From: Candidatus Poribacteria bacterium
GTDB taxonomy: Bacteria; Poribacteria; WGA-4E; WGA-3G
Assembly: GCA_965198235.1 (NCBI GenBank)
Contig: OZ240248.1
Span: 2,080,001 to 2,144,000 of the forward strand
DNA length: 64,000 nt
Direction of reading: 5' to 3'
Shown here one piece after another: positions 9,255 through 20,901 of this stretch. Below the pieces are notes generated by a model that had not been told where the DNA came from, searched no databases, and saw only the letters and a list, made by a program, of their open reading frames with translations. Numbering within the stretch: the first letter of the stretch is position 1; every line of letters begins with the position of its first letter. The position numbers and the translations under genes are program-made.

Positions 9255-11039
9255 TCAAAGGAATGTGCCACCCCGGGTCACTCGGACATTCTGTGTTTTC
9301 TCCTGTGTCGGTTCATTAATCAAGGCACGGATATTGACAATCTTTTCACCTTTCCTGCCCGAAATTTTTGCCCAATCGTCAGGATTTGTGGTATTCGGAA
9401 GATCCTCGTTTTCGTGGTATTCTTCCCGGATAGCTGCTGTGAGATCTTCCAGACACATCCCTTTGTCGGTTCCATCGGAGCCAATAAAACGTTTGATCGC
9501 CGTTTTCTTCGCACGTGAAACGATATTTTCGATCATTGCCCCACTGACAAAATCTTTAAAGAAGAGGGTTTCCCGCTCGCCGCGGGCGTAAGTCACCTCA
9601 ATGAACCGATTTTCATCCGTCGTTGCATACATTTCATTTGCAGCTTCTTCAATGAAGTACTTCGCGATAGCCTGAGTATTTCCCTCAAATTTCTGACAAA
9701 CGTTTTCAGAGAACGGAAGACCCGGAGTCAGATATATGCCGAAGATGTCCTTGGCACCCTCTAAATTGGGTCGGTCGATTCTGATTTTCACATCAAGCCT
9801 ACCGGGTCTTAAAACAGCAGGGTCAAGGAGATCTTGCCGGTTGCTTGCGCCAATGACAATGACATCTCGAAGGTTCTCAACGCCATCGATTTCGGAGAGG
9901 AACTGCGGCACAAGCGTTGATTCCATATCCGATGAGATTCCCATGCCTCTCGAGCGGAAGAGAGAGTCCATTTCATCGAAGAAGATGATAACAGGAAATC
10001 CTTCTCTCGATTTATCGCGCGCTTTTTGGAAGACTTCCCGGATTTTACGTTCAGTTTCACCAACATACTTATTTAGGAGTTCAGGTCCCTTGATGTTGAT
10101 GAAATAACCCCGAACCTCAGCTCTGCCGGTCTCTTTTCGGACACGTTCAGCGATGCTGCTCGCGACAGCTCGGGCTATGAGTGTCTTACCACAACCCGGC
10201 GGTCCATAGAGAAGGACTCCCTTGGGCGGCGAGAGATTGAATTCCTTGTACTCGTTTGGATAGAGATATGGCAACTCAATCGCATCGCGAATCGCTTCTA
10301 TCTGTGTATCAAGTCCACCGATGTCTGCGTAACCAATGTCCGGCACCTCTTCAAGTAGCAGATCTTCGATTTCCCGTTTCGGAAGTTTTTCCATGAGCAT
10401 ACTCGTCGTATGGTTGAGAAGGACGTGATCCCCAACTTTCAGCGTTTCCTCTTTGAGGGATTCGGCTATTCTGACAACCCGTTCTTCATCGGTACGGAGA
10501 CTCACGATGGCACGTTCGTCCGCAATGCGATCTTTGATTTTGACGATGTCCCCATGCTTTTCGGCAGTTTTAATATCAACGACGTTCATCCCGCTATTAA
10601 CAATAACCTCTTGTCCAACCGCAAGGTCTTTATCCCTGAGTGTCGGATCGAGATTGACACGCCATTTCCTGCCGCTGATGTCGATATCGACGGTGCCGTC
10701 TTCGTTTGAAGCGAGGAAGACTCCGTAATTATTGGGTGGTGCGCTAAGTTGGGCGACCTTTTCCTTGAGGATCTCCAGTTTCTCTTTCGCCTCTTGAAGC
10801 GTGCTCGTGAGTTTCTTATTGCGCCGATGTGCCGTCATCAACTCACGTTGCATTTCATAGAGTCGAGTTTCAAGGTCCTTGACATATACAGCACGTTGCT
10901 GTTGCCGCATGCTTTCAAGCTCGCCTTCGAGCATGTCAATGGTCCCTTGAAGTGTGCGAATTTGCTGTTGATACCAAACAGCATCGCAAGTCTCTTGTTC
11001 CTCAAAGGAATCCGTGGATTTTCCTCTTTTAATAGCCAT
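9255..11039 (-). CDS. arc: Proteasome-associated AAA ATPase (ARC/Mpa)
   Basis: Coiled coil, PPNNYG OB domain, GPPGCGKT, FFDEMD, EDLPNTTNPDDWAKISG; start placed at ATG 11039 (uncertain). Confidence 0.93.
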   Translation of the reverse strand: MAIKRGKSTDSFEEQETCDAVWYQQQIRTLQGTIDMLEGELESMRQQQRAVYVKDLETRLYEMQRELMTAHRRNKKLTSTLQEAKEKLEILKEKVAQLSAPPNNYGVFLASNEDGTVDIDISGRKWRVNLDPTLRDKDLAVGQEVIVNSGMNVVDIKTAEKHGDIVKIKDRIADERAIVSLRTDEERVVRIAESLKEETLKVGDHVLLNHTTSMLMEKLPKREIEDLLLEEVPDIGYADIGGLDTQIEAIRDAIELPYLYPNEYKEFNLSPPKGVLLYGPPGCGKTLIARAVASSIAERVRKETGRAEVRGYFINIKGPELLNKYVGETERKIREVFQKARDKSREGFPVIIFFDEMDSLFRSRGMGISSDMESTLVPQFLSEIDGVENLRDVIVIGASNRQDLLDPAVLRPGRLDVKIRIDRPNLEGAKDIFGIYLTPGLPFSENVCQKFEGNTQAIAKYFIEEAANEMYATTDENRFIEVTYARGERETLFFKDFVSGAMIENIVSRAKKTAIKRFIGSDGTDKGMCLEDLTAAIREEYHENEDLPNTTNPDDWAKISGRKGEKIVNIRALINEPTQEKTQNVRVTRGGTFL

Positions 11040-11154
11040 ACGTGAAGTTCTCACTTTCCAAAACGATTTTTCCAACCTCACCTGCAATGAGAATCAGGGA
11101 CGCGGATAATCGGATTCGGTCGAGTTCCAGATTCAAACCCAACACTTTTATTAG

Positions 11155-11183
11155 AGTATAGCATTTTGAAAAAATTGTGTCAA
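11155..11183 (-). promoter_or_regulatory. sigma70-type promoter of the Pup-proteasome operon
   Basis: TTGACA-17 nt-TATACT on the minus strand. Confidence 0.65.
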
Positions 11184-11247
11184 GAAAAAGTCTACCTTTT
11201 TCAGGACCATTTAGTTTTCGTTTTTTCTTTTGGTGTTTTTCACAGAT

Positions 11248-11413
11248 TAGGACTTACGCATTTCCTCTTAAAGTCCCCCTGATAAGGGGCGGGGAATGCC
11301 ATAAGGCATTCATACCGTTGATTCTTTAGGGGGTTAAATATAACGAAATACTCTCACTGGGAGGCATTTTCAGCAAAATATACCGTTTCTCTGTTCAATT
11401 TGCGTAAGTCCTG
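11248..11413. mobile_element. MITE-like repeat with AGGACTTACGCA TIRs, copy 2
   Basis: Same TIRs and internal sequence as 997-1203. Confidence 0.8.
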
Positions 11414-11530
11414 ATATTTTTATCTGCATCATATTCAGAGGATCCTGTATAGAAAGGCACAAGTGCCCCGCTATACAAGCAATGTATCATAAATGGATGC
11501 AAAGCGGAAAACCCGCAAACATTTTTCGTA

Positions 11531-12592
11531 TTATTTCGCGACTTCAACTGTGTCGTGGATATCACTTTCGTCTTCAGGAATTGCACCAGCACCAGCATCT
11601 GGAGACACACTGAGTGTTTCCCGTATCTTCGCCTCGATTTCCGTGGTAATGTCTGGGTTCTCTTCCAGATATTTCTTGGCATTGTTTCTACCCTGGCCAA
11701 TACGTTCGCCGTTGTAGGCAAACCAAGAACCGCTTTTCTGGATAAACTCATGCTCAACAGCAATATCCAAGAGATTTCCTTCTTTAGAGATGCCTTTCCC
11801 GAAAGTAACGTCGTATTCTGCCTCTTTGAAAGGAGGTGCCACTTTATTTTTCACCACTTTGACGCGTACGCCGCTACCAAGAATTTCATTGCCATCTTTG
11901 ATCTGGCTGCCGCGGCGGAGTTCTAACCGGACGGAAGCATGGAACTTGAGAGCGAGTCCGCCGGGTGTTGTATCTGGATTCCCGAACATGATCCCGATTT
12001 TTTGCCGGATCTGGTTTGTAAAGATAACACAGGTTTGGGATTTGTTCGTGACACCCGACAACTTCCGTAGTGCTTTCGACATTAAACGCGGCAACAAACC
12101 GACGTGTGCATCACCCATTTCACCCTCAATTTCGGCTTGGGGGGTCAAAGCGGCTACTGAGTCAATGACTACCAAGTCAATCGCGCCGCTGCGGATGAGC
12201 GTTTCGACGATTTCTAACGCTTGTTCGCCCGCGTCGGGTTGCGCTATTAACAAATTTTCCATGTTGACCCCGATATTTCGGGCGTAGGTGGTATCAAGGG
12301 CGTGCTCAACGTCAATGAATACAGCCGTACCTCCTAACTTTTGTGCTTCGGCGACAACATGGAGTGCCAAGGTGGTTTTTCCAGTGCCTTCATGTCCAAA
12401 GATTTCGATGATTCTACCGCGCGGGAGACCGCCTACACCGAGAGCAAGGTCGAGCGCGAGAGAACCGGTAGGAATCGCTTCGACGGGCACAATTTCGTTG
12501 TCCGCCAAGCGCATGATAGCCCCTTTACCGAATTCACGCTCTACTTGTGAAATCGCTTGGTCAATGGCTTTCTGTTTCTGTTCATCTTTCAT
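11531..12592 (-). CDS. recA: Recombinase RecA
   Basis: [22 protein letters not shown] and [12 protein letters not shown] motifs. Confidence 0.98.
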   Translation of the reverse strand: MKDEQKQKAIDQAISQVEREFGKGAIMRLADNEIVPVEAIPTGSLALDLALGVGGLPRGRIIEIFGHEGTGKTTLALHVVAEAQKLGGTAVFIDVEHALDTTYARNIGVNMENLLIAQPDAGEQALEIVETLIRSGAIDLVVIDSVAALTPQAEIEGEMGDAHVGLLPRLMSKALRKLSGVTNKSQTCVIFTNQIRQKIGIMFGNPDTTPGGLALKFHASVRLELRRGSQIKDGNEILGSGVRVKVVKNKVAPPFKEAEYDVTFGKGISKEGNLLDIAVEHEFIQKSGSWFAYNGERIGQGRNNAKKYLEENPDITTEIEAKIRETLSVSPDAGAGAIPEDESDIHDTVEVAK

Positions 12593-12652
12593 GTTTTAAC
12601 GTTCTCCTTACTATTGCACCTGCTATCAAAAATAGGTGCTTCGGGCATTGCA

Positions 12653-13234
12653 TTACGCCGAAAAATGACATAAGCTTAAAGGCGTATAGACTGCCCCATT
12701 TGGGTGAAGTTGGCTCTGCATGAGTACGATTTCGTTTACATGCATTGATCCACCATCAATTGTATCATATTTACGTAGAATATTCTTTAAAGGTTCAAGA
12801 TTCATTGCGGTTCTCAGCCGCGCGAGCGTAAGGTGTGGATGAAACCGATTATCTGTTGAGAAACCGAGAGGTGCCAATTCAAGGTTCACGGCTTTTGCGA
12901 GGCGTGACACGGTCGGCGCGCCCTGCTTTACACCCATCCAGATGACACGCGGACGAGCGAGATTGGGAAACGCACCGACACCGCCAAAGGCAATAGAAAA
13001 TGGCGGATGCGTATCTGTCACACGTTGAAGGGCTTCGCTCACGTCATTAATCGCTTCAGGACAGACATCGCCGAGGAACTTCAATGTCAGATGGAAATTT
13101 CCGGGCTTTGTCCACGAAGCCTTGTGAATCTGGGGCTGAAGGTGTGTTTGCACTGGCTTCAGCAATACCTGTATCGGTTCTGGGATCTCAACTGCTACGA
13201 AACAACGAATGACCGCGCCTTTGGCTGTGTCCAT
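12653..13234 (-). CDS. thpR: RNA 2',3'-cyclic phosphodiesterase (2H family)
   Basis: Two HLTL motifs, RCFVAV; upstream of recA. Confidence 0.9.
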   Translation of the reverse strand: MDTAKGAVIRCFVAVEIPEPIQVLLKPVQTHLQPQIHKASWTKPGNFHLTLKFLGDVCPEAINDVSEALQRVTDTHPPFSIAFGGVGAFPNLARPRVIWMGVKQGAPTVSRLAKAVNLELAPLGFSTDNRFHPHLTLARLRTAMNLEPLKNILRKYDTIDGGSMHVNEIVLMQSQLHPNGAVYTPLSLCHFSA

Positions 13235-13854
13235 TACGCACCTGCTTTTGGATCGTAACGGGTTGAATAAACCAGCGCAAATAAGGGTTTGCGATTGTTA
13301 ACGAGAAATTCCAGACCAGATCCGACTGTGAGTACTAACGGCACATACATCATGCAATAGATGGGACCTCGGCTTTGCACAATCAGTGCCGCGTTCAGGT
13401 TGTCTTGAAAGGCAAGTAAAGTTAACCCGACAATAATGACAATCAGTTGTGAGGTCATCTTGTATTTTCCCCACTGGTTTGCAGAGACAACCTGCCCGTA
13501 CTTTGCAATGAAAACAATTCGCAAGAGTGTAACGAGAACTTCGCGACCGATAATAACAAAAACCATCCATACCGGAATGAGCCCACTGTCAACGTGCGTA
13601 AATAAAACGAAACAGATTAGAGCGGCACCGATGAGTAGCTTGTCAGCGATCGGGTCCATGAATGTGCCGAAGCCAGTCACACCTTGCTTTCGGGCAATTT
13701 TACCATCAAAATGATCGGTCAGTGCTGCGACACCAAAAATAATGAGCGCAGCCCCCATCATATCCGCCTGAAAACAGTATATGAACGGGGGGATCAGGAA
13801 AAGCCGTAAAAGGGTTAGGAGATTTGCCAACCGCAAAAGGGTACCGAAATTCAT
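13234..13854 (-). CDS. pgsA: CDP-diacylglycerol--glycerol-3-phosphate 3-phosphatidyltransferase
   Basis: ANLLTLLR and the CDP-alcohol motif DHFDGKIARK...G.FMDPIADK. Confidence 0.88.
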   Translation of the reverse strand: MNFGTLLRLANLLTLLRLFLIPPFIYCFQADMMGAALIIFGVAALTDHFDGKIARKQGVTGFGTFMDPIADKLLIGAALICFVLFTHVDSGLIPVWMVFVIIGREVLVTLLRIVFIAKYGQVVSANQWGKYKMTSQLIVIIVGLTLLAFQDNLNAALIVQSRGPIYCMMYVPLVLTVGSGLEFLVNNRKPLFALVYSTRYDPKAGA

Positions 13855-13903
13855 AATGTGTTCTCGAAAGCATAGAAATTATCTCGTAATTAGAGATGCA
13901 TTC

Positions 13904-14641
13904 CTAATTTTCGGAGAGATCTATTACCTCGGCATCTTTGGGCACCACAAACTTGAAAAGATCCGGTGCGAGTTCCTTATCTCGTTCAATCTGTGTAAGC
14001 GTAACAATCACACTTTGACGCGTACCGTCTTCAAACTCGGTTGTGTAGCCAAATTGCACAGGAAGCCACTCACCGGATTTCACCCAGATTTGAAGTGTTT
14101 CCTTTGCGTTCGTGCTCACCATGTGAATTTTAGGGGTCAACTCAATTTGATGTACACCTTTTGGATTCGCAAATTCGTCAGGAATAAGAGCCATATCGTA
14201 GTTTTTCTCGACATCTTCAAGGGAGGCACCAATACCCGGCAACAGTTCCCGACGTTCTGGATTCGTCCACTTCATCTTATTGACTTGATTGAGTATGGGT
14301 GTATATGTCCAGCCGTATTCGCCGTCTAAAACAGTGAGTTGGACGACCTTTGACGCATCTTTCCTGTCGACATACTCCTTACGGAGCATATTCGGTTTTC
14401 CGAATATAAACCGTCCACGAGCGACACTTTTTTTATTCGCGAACAGCGTCGTCTCCTCAAAGTTTGCACTGAAATTATTAGATTTCTCGTACGCCGTTTT
14501 GAAATTCTGAAAAATTTCATCAACAGTTTGTGGATGTGCCTTGTTAGCAAATAGCACTGAGAGGAACATCACTATTAACAGTAAATTTTGAAGTCGCGCG
14601 AACTTTCCCGATATAGTGATCCAAGGGGTTCGTCGGATCAT
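13904..14641 (-). CDS. lolA: Outer-membrane lipoprotein carrier LolA family protein
   Basis: Signal peptide, FSANFEE, KPNMLR, DGEYGWTY, FKFVVPKDAEVID. Confidence 0.75.
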   Translation of the reverse strand: MIRRTPWITISGKFARLQNLLLIVMFLSVLFANKAHPQTVDEIFQNFKTAYEKSNNFSANFEETTLFANKKSVARGRFIFGKPNMLRKEYVDRKDASKVVQLTVLDGEYGWTYTPILNQVNKMKWTNPERRELLPGIGASLEDVEKNYDMALIPDEFANPKGVHQIELTPKIHMVSTNAKETLQIWVKSGEWLPVQFGYTTEFEDGTRQSVIVTLTQIERDKELAPDLFKFVVPKDAEVIDLSEN

Positions 14642-15006
14642 TATTCTCTCCTATTTTGCCAAATTACCGTTTGGAAAACTGATTGCTACTTCAATATTAT
14701 AGCATAATTTATTTGCGGCTGTCAACATTATTTATGTTGAAAATAGGCTATTTGGTTGTGAGTTATCAGAATCAGGATTTTCAGGCTTCTTCGATCTTTT
14801 CAGGATAATTATGGTAGATTTTACAATTACCCATACAGTAGAAAGGAGCAAGATTCCTTGTGGAAACACCCTGGCAAAAACACCTCGCCAACGGTGAGAA
14901 GGGGATAGGATGGTAGTCAGCTATCAGTAGAATGTGCTCTGTACTGAACACTAACAGTTGGTGATTTCCGATGATCCATTGATGTAGTGCCAATTATACA
15001 CCACTC

Positions 15007-15387
15007 TCAATTCGCTAAGCGCGTCCAATCCGTCAGGATAACCTCGATATCATCAGAGTCGTCCAAAGCGCACGTGACAAGACGCTCTAAGACTTCGGCG
15101 ACGAGTGGTTCTCGGAATATCGCCTGAAACCAATTGCCAAACGATTTAATCGCATCCGGGGATTCAGCGCACACCCAGAAAGCAACCCGACAGAAGTCGA
15201 GTCCTTCGTCTACCCATTTCTCAGAGATCCAGACATCTTGTGGGAAACCGTGAAAGATTGGCAAGAGATCCGCTATTAAGACGGGTAGTTCTTCATTGAG
15301 ATAGGAAATCTCTGGAAGTATGTCAAAATGGACAGCGTATTTATGGGCATGAGAGGAGCGTTCGCGTTCTTCGTTTTGTGTTTGCAT
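15007..15387 (-). CDS. Hypothetical protein
   Basis: 126-aa ORF with protein-like composition; no motif recognised. Confidence 0.55.
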   Translation of the reverse strand: MQTQNEERERSSHAHKYAVHFDILPEISYLNEELPVLIADLLPIFHGFPQDVWISEKWVDEGLDFCRVAFWVCAESPDAIKSFGNWFQAIFREPLVAEVLERLVTCALDDSDDIEVILTDWTRLAN

Positions 15388-15636
15388 AAGTGGTTTCGTA
15401 GACTTTAAATGGACAAAATGATTTTCTGTATGGTATATTATAACACATGACGTATTGATATGCGCTCAAGACTTGAAGACTTGCGGAAGCGTCTATCATA
15501 AAGGGGACGTAATACCATTTCTGGTTAATATATCTCCTAATTGTAGCATAGGAAACCGTTAGCCTGTGCCGTATCGCGCCACATTGCATAAAACCGGTAA
15601 TGAAACATGAATTTTTAGAAATGGTATAATATATCT

Positions 15637-18600
15637 ATGGCAGACACTGAACAAATAACATATCTTAAAAATGAACTGGAGAAACGGATTCTGATCCTCG
15701 ATGGTGCGATGGGATCCCTATTGCAGACCTATCGACTCACGGAAGCGGATTTTCGAGGTGAACAGTTTGCCGATCATCCGTGTGAACTCAAAGGCTACAA
15801 CGATCTGCTCTCCATAACACAACCACATATTGTAAAAGAAATACACGCAAATTACTGCAGTGCTGGCGCGGATATCATCGAAACGAATACCTTTACCAGT
15901 ACGTCTGTGTCGATGGCAGACTACCAACTCCAAGACATCGCATATCAGGTAAACTATGCGGCTGCGCGCATCGCACGCGAGGTGGCGGATAAATGGACAT
16001 CACCCGACAAACCGCGCTTCGTCGCGGGGAGTATGGGACCTACCAACCGCAGCTGCTCGATTTCGCCGAATGTGAACGACCCAGGCTATCGGAACATTAC
16101 CTTTGCCCAACTCGTTTCTGCCTACACGACGCAAGCGGAAGGGTTAATTGACGGTGGTGCGGATCTCCTTCTCGTCGAAACCGTCATGGACACCCTTAAC
16201 TGTAAGGCGGCACTCTTTGCCATACAAACCCTCGCTGAAGCACGAGGTATTGACATTCCCCTTATCGTCTCCTCTGACAGGAGTGGCGGGGGCGGCAGAA
16301 ACCTCTCCGGACAAACAGTCGAAGCCTTCTGGAACTCGGTTCGGCATGCGAATCTGCTTGCTGCCGGATTGAACTGTGGCTTCGGGGCACAACAGATTCG
16401 TCCGTATCTCGCCGAAATGGCTAAAATAACGGATATACCCGTTATCTGTTATCCGAACGCTGGACTCCCCAATGAACTCGGTCAATATACCCAGACACCA
16501 GCCGAAATGGGAGAGTGGATGCACGAGTTCGCGCAAAACGGATTCGTCAATATCGTCGGCGGATGTTGTGGGAGTCAACCTGAACACATCGAAATGATTG
16601 CCAAAGTCGCTGCTGAATACCTACCGCGGCAACCAGTACCACAAAAACGTGCCTGCCGTCTAAGTGGCTTAGAGGCGTTTAACATCACGCCGGATTCTCT
16701 CTTTGTTAACGTTGGCGAACGGACAAACGTAACAGGATCCCGCCGATTCGCAACGCTCATTAAAAACGAGGATTATGAGACCGCTTTAGAGGTTGCCAGA
16801 GATCAAGTCGAAAACGGTGCACAACTTATTGACATTAATATGGACGCAGGCATGTTAGATGCCAAAACCGCGATCGTCAAGTTTCTCAATCTCATCGCGG
16901 CGGAACCCGACATTAGTCGCGTGCCCATTATGCTGGATTCCAGTCGATGGGAGGTTATAGAAGCAGGCTTGGCGTGCGTTCAGGGAAAAGGAGTCGTTAA
17001 CTCAATCAGTTTGAAAGAGGGCAAGGAAGATTTCTTAGCGAAAGCACGGTTGATTCGACAGTACGGTGCCGCAGTTATCGTCATGGCGTTTGACGAAGAG
17101 GGGCAGGCGGATACCTACCAACGGAAAGTGGAGATCTGTCGTCGGGCGTATCAACTCTTGACGAAACAGGTCGGGTTCCCACCGGAGGACATCATTTTCG
17201 ATCCGAATATCTTCGCTGTCGCGACCGGTATTGAGGAACACAACGAATACGCGAAGGCGTTTATTAAGGCGTGTACGCAGATTAAAGCCATGTGTCCGCA
17301 TGCCTTAGTGAGCGGGGGTGTTAGCAATATCTCCTTTGCTTTCCGCGGCAACGATAGGGTGCGCGAGGCGATGCACGCCGCGTTTCTCTACCACGCCATC
17401 AATGCTGGTATGGACATGGGCATTGTCAACGCTGGACAACTCGCGGTTTATGACGATCTGCCGAAACCGCTCTTAGAAGCCGTGGAGGATGTCCTGTTCA
17501 ATCGCCGAGAAGATGCAACCGACCGACTCGTTAATCTCGCGGATACGCTGAAAGGTCCGGGGAAAAAGAAGCGTGTAAATAGGGAGTGGCGGAAACTACC
17601 GGTTGAAGAGCGTCTACGGCACGCACTTGTCGAAGGGATTCTCGAATACATTGAAGCCGATACAGAGGAAGCACGGCTCAATTACGAACGTCCTATACAC
17701 GTAATCGAGGGACCTCTGATGGACGGTATGAACCGCGTGGGTGAACTCTTCGGAGATGGTAAGATGTTCCTGCCGCAAGTCGTCAAAAGCGCGCGGGTCA
17801 TGAAAAAGGCGGTTGCGCACCTCACCCCCTATATTGAAAAGGAGCAGGCGGAAGGTGCCCTCCAATCCAGGGGCAGGATTGTGATGGCAACGGTGAAGGG
17901 TGATGTTCACGACATCGGTAAGAATATCGTGGGTGTTGTGCTTGGGTGCAACAATTACGAAGTCATTGATCTCGGTGTGATGGTGCCTGCCGAAGACATT
18001 CTGGAAACCGCACGGAAAGAGAACGCCGATATTATCGGATTGAGTGGACTCATCACACCATCGTTGGATGAGATGGTGCACGTCGCTGAGGAGATGGAAC
18101 GTGAAGGCTTCCGCACCCCACTTCTCATCGGTGGTGCGACGACTTCAAAGGTGCATACCGCCGTTCAAATTGAACCCGCTTATAGTGGTTCAACAATTCA
18201 CGTCAGGGATGCCTCTCGAAGTGTTGGCGTTGTCAGCGATCTGATGAGTGATGAAAGACAACAGACCTTTACCGAGCAGACCCGTGAGGAATACGCTGAG
18301 ATCCGCGAACGTCGAGCGAAGAATCGGCAACGGGCGAACCTATTATCATTTGCTGTCGCACAGGAGCGGAGATCCACACTGGATTGGCGAAATTACCAAC
18401 CCTCCATGCCGGACATGATAGGCACCAGAGTCTTTGAAGACTATCCGTTAGCGGAACTCGTTGACTATATCGACTGGAGTCCTTTCTTCACGACTTGGGG
18501 ACTCCGCGGTAAATATCCGAATATACTGGGGAACCCAGAAGTCGGCGAGGAAGCGCGTAAACTCCTTAAGGATGCTGAAACGCTCCTTCGTATTATCGTT

Positions 18601-19311
18601 GAAGAGAAAAAATTTCAGGCACGCGCTGTCGTCGGGCTTTTCCCTGCCAACGGTGTTGGTGAAGATACTGAAATTTACGCCGACGAAACGCGGGCAGAAG
18701 TGATCGCCACCTTGCACCACCTACGTCAACAGACGGAACAACCGTTTACCAGACCGAACCTCAGCCTCGGTGATTTCATCGCTCCGAAAACAACAGGGGT
18801 CCCGGATTATATCGGGGCATTTGCTGTGACAACGGGTATCGGTGTCTCCGAATTCTGTGCTGAGTTTGAGCAGAAACAGGACGATTACAACAGCATTATG
18901 GCAAAGGCGTTAGCAGACCGACTGGCGGAAGCTTTCGCGGAGCGGATGCATCAGCACGTCCGCGCGGCACTTTGGGGTTATACTGTTGATGAGACGTTGG
19001 ATACTGAAGCCCTGATTGCCGAAAAATATCGCGGGATTCGTCCAGCACCGGGATACCCCGCATGTCCCGATCATAACCAGAAACGGGTGTTGTTTGAACT
19101 CCTGAGTGTTACAGAGAACACGGGTATCTCTCTCACCGAGAGTCTGGCGATGTCCCCAGCGGCATCTGTGAGTGGATGGTATTATTCACATCCAGAGGCA
19201 CGGTATTTCAGCATCAGTAGAATCGGGGAGGACCAGGTCTCGGATTACGCGGAACGTACCGGTATGGACATCGAAACGGCGAGGCGTTGGCTGAAGCCCT
19301 TGCTTACATAA
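15637..19311 (+). CDS. metH: Cobalamin-dependent methionine synthase
   Basis: [31 protein letters not shown] (B12 binding) and [12 protein letters not shown]; 1224 aa. Confidence 0.98.
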   Translation: MADTEQITYLKNELEKRILILDGAMGSLLQTYRLTEADFRGEQFADHPCELKGYNDLLSITQPHIVKEIHANYCSAGADIIETNTFTSTSVSMADYQLQDIAYQVNYAAARIAREVADKWTSPDKPRFVAGSMGPTNRSCSISPNVNDPGYRNITFAQLVSAYTTQAEGLIDGGADLLLVETVMDTLNCKAALFAIQTLAEARGIDIPLIVSSDRSGGGGRNLSGQTVEAFWNSVRHANLLAAGLNCGFGAQQIRPYLAEMAKITDIPVICYPNAGLPNELGQYTQTPAEMGEWMHEFAQNGFVNIVGGCCGSQPEHIEMIAKVAAEYLPRQPVPQKRACRLSGLEAFNITPDSLFVNVGERTNVTGSRRFATLIKNEDYETALEVARDQVENGAQLIDINMDAGMLDAKTAIVKFLNLIAAEPDISRVPIMLDSSRWEVIEAGLACVQGKGVVNSISLKEGKEDFLAKARLIRQYGAAVIVMAFDEEGQADTYQRKVEICRRAYQLLTKQVGFPPEDIIFDPNIFAVATGIEEHNEYAKAFIKACTQIKAMCPHALVSGGVSNISFAFRGNDRVREAMHAAFLYHAINAGMDMGIVNAGQLAVYDDLPKPLLEAVEDVLFNRREDATDRLVNLADTLKGPGKKKRVNREWRKLPVEERLRHALVEGILEYIEADTEEARLNYERPIHVIEGPLMDGMNRVGELFGDGKMFLPQVVKSARVMKKAVAHLTPYIEKEQAEGALQSRGRIVMATVKGDVHDIGKNIVGVVLGCNNYEVIDLGVMVPAEDILETARKENADIIGLSGLITPSLDEMVHVAEEMEREGFRTPLLIGGATTSKVHTAVQIEPAYSGSTIHVRDASRSVGVVSDLMSDERQQTFTEQTREEYAEIRERRAKNRQRANLLSFAVAQERRSTLDWRNYQPSMPDMIGTRVFEDYPLAELVDYIDWSPFFTTWGLRGKYPNILGNPEVGEEARKLLKDAETLLRIIVEEKKFQARAVVGLFPANGVGEDTEIYADETRAEVIATLHHLRQQTEQPFTRPNLSLGDFIAPKTTGVPDYIGAFAVTTGIGVSEFCAEFEQKQDDYNSIMAKALADRLAEAFAERMHQHVRAALWGYTVDETLDTEALIAEKYRGIRPAPGYPACPDHNQKRVLFELLSVTENTGISLTESLAMSPAASVSGWYYSHPEARYFSISRIGEDQVSDYAERTGMDIETARRWLKPLLT

Positions 19312-19359
19312 AGCCGCCGCAATCCCAAACGGAATGGGCGCGCTGACACCGGTGATTAC

Positions 19360-19413
19360 AACCTTCACTGCATCCTTCCCTCCAATTTCAAAATGGATGA
19401 CTGGATTGCCTAT
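19360..19413 (-). pseudogene. N-terminal remnant of a VOC/glyoxalase gene
   Basis: ATA-GNPVIHFEIGGKDAVK after GAAAGG; resembles the MGNPVVHFEI starts of VOC proteins. Confidence 0.4.
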
Positions 19414-19604
19414 TGTAATTTGCGCCTTTCTCTAAATTAGATTTATTATGTAAAGTAATTATATAATAAGTTTCGCCAAGTGGCAAATTAAATTTTCTAC
19501 ATTTTTGGATTTTGCTTGATCTTCAAGAAAAGTTTCATTATAATTGAGGTAAGGAGCTGAAAAGAACTTTTTGAAAAAATAGCCTGATACCTAAAGGAAA
19601 AGAC

Positions 19605-20495
19605 ATGCAAACATCTCACAAATATCTGGATCCGGTCGCACTTTCTCGAATTGGGGGCATGGAGCTTGTCGCAAGACTCGTCGTTGAGGGGTTCGTCACT
19701 GGGTTGCACAAAAGTCCGTACCAAGGGTTCAGCGTAGAATTCGCGGAGCACCGACAGTATATGCCCGGCGATGAAATTCGCTATATCGACTGGAAAGTCT
19801 ACGGGAAATCCGATCGGTATTACGTCAAAAAGTTTGAAGAGGAGACGAACCTGCGCGCTTATGTCCTCCTCGATACGAGTGCGTCGATGGGCTATAAACA
19901 CGCAGAGGAGGGATTGACGAAGTTTGAATATGGCTGTTATCTCGCGGCGACGCTTACCTACCTCATGCTGAAGCAGCGCGATTCTGTCGGTTTAGCACTC
20001 TTCGACACGGATATTACACAATACATTCCACCGAGGGGAGCCGCAACGCATCTGCGAGCGATTATGTCCGCTTTGGAGAGTGCTACCCCCGGTCAGGAGA
20101 CCGAGTTGAGCAGTCTCTTCCACGAACTCGCCAAACGGATTGTGAGACGCGGTTTAGTTATTGTCATCTCTGATCTACTTGACGAACCCTCGGAGGTCAT
20201 CTCTGCCCTGAAGCACCTCCGTCATCAGAAACATGAAGTCATCGTTTTCCACCTGCTCGATCCTGCCGAACTTACCTTCCCGTATACCGGTTCTGTCGTC
20301 TTTCGGGACATGGAAACCGGACAGACGCTTTCAACGCAGGCGGACACACTGAAAGCGGATTATCTTAAAAACTTGAACCAGTTCATCCAGAGCTACCGTC
20401 GCGGGTGTGGTGCGAGCCAGATCGATTACGTTCAAATGGACACCGCCACGCCGTTTGACTATGCGCTGTCTGAATACTTGTCCCGCCGAAAATAG
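19605..20495 (+). CDS. DUF58 (MoxR-associated, vWA-like) protein
   Basis: EFAEHRQYMPGDEIRYIDWK, LLDTSASM, ISDLLD. Confidence 0.92.
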   Translation: MQTSHKYLDPVALSRIGGMELVARLVVEGFVTGLHKSPYQGFSVEFAEHRQYMPGDEIRYIDWKVYGKSDRYYVKKFEEETNLRAYVLLDTSASMGYKHAEEGLTKFEYGCYLAATLTYLMLKQRDSVGLALFDTDITQYIPPRGAATHLRAIMSALESATPGQETELSSLFHELAKRIVRRGLVIVISDLLDEPSEVISALKHLRHQKHEVIVFHLLDPAELTFPYTGSVVFRDMETGQTLSTQADTLKADYLKNLNQFIQSYRRGCGASQIDYVQMDTATPFDYALSEYLSRRK

Positions 20496-20551
20496 ACCTC
20501 GCGCCCATAACGCTTATGCATCAGTCTTGCCCTGCATTGGCGATAGCGTCT

Positions 20552-20780
20552 CTACTGAGATACAGAGATATGTTTGATGACAACAAGCGTTAAATCATCA
20601 TACTGTTCTGCCTCTTCAACAAATCTATTAACGTCTTCAACGATGTGTTGGATCACTTCCTCAGCGGTGCATTCGTTTGGCATTTGGGAAGCCAATTCTA
20701 TTAAACGTTCAGTACCGTACATCTCTTCGTCAGCGTTGAGGGCTTCAATTAGACCGTCAGAATGGAAGATAACAGATTTG
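20552..20780 (-). pseudogene. C-terminal fragment of a PP2C/SpoIIE phosphatase
   Basis: HSDGLIEA...YGTERL...QYDDLTLVVIK; N-terminal part absent. Confidence 0.75.
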
Positions 20781-20901
20781 AGAAACAAAGTCAAGAAGAA
20801 TCAAACGCATTGACCCCTTAAACGAACTATGATAGAATGGAAAACATCAACAACGCAGGCAGGCGAACATAGGGCAATCAAGCGTGAGAAAGGAGCAAAC
20901 G

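Noticed and set aside
14840-14920. 18-codon ORF METPWQKHLANGEKGIGW with a strong SD
   Set aside because: Too short to support; probably a gene remnant.
19360-19413. VOC N-terminal remnant as the missing 5' half of the VOC gene at 25970
   Set aside because: Opposite strand, a different VOC subfamily signature, and no IS left end or TTAT junction next to it.
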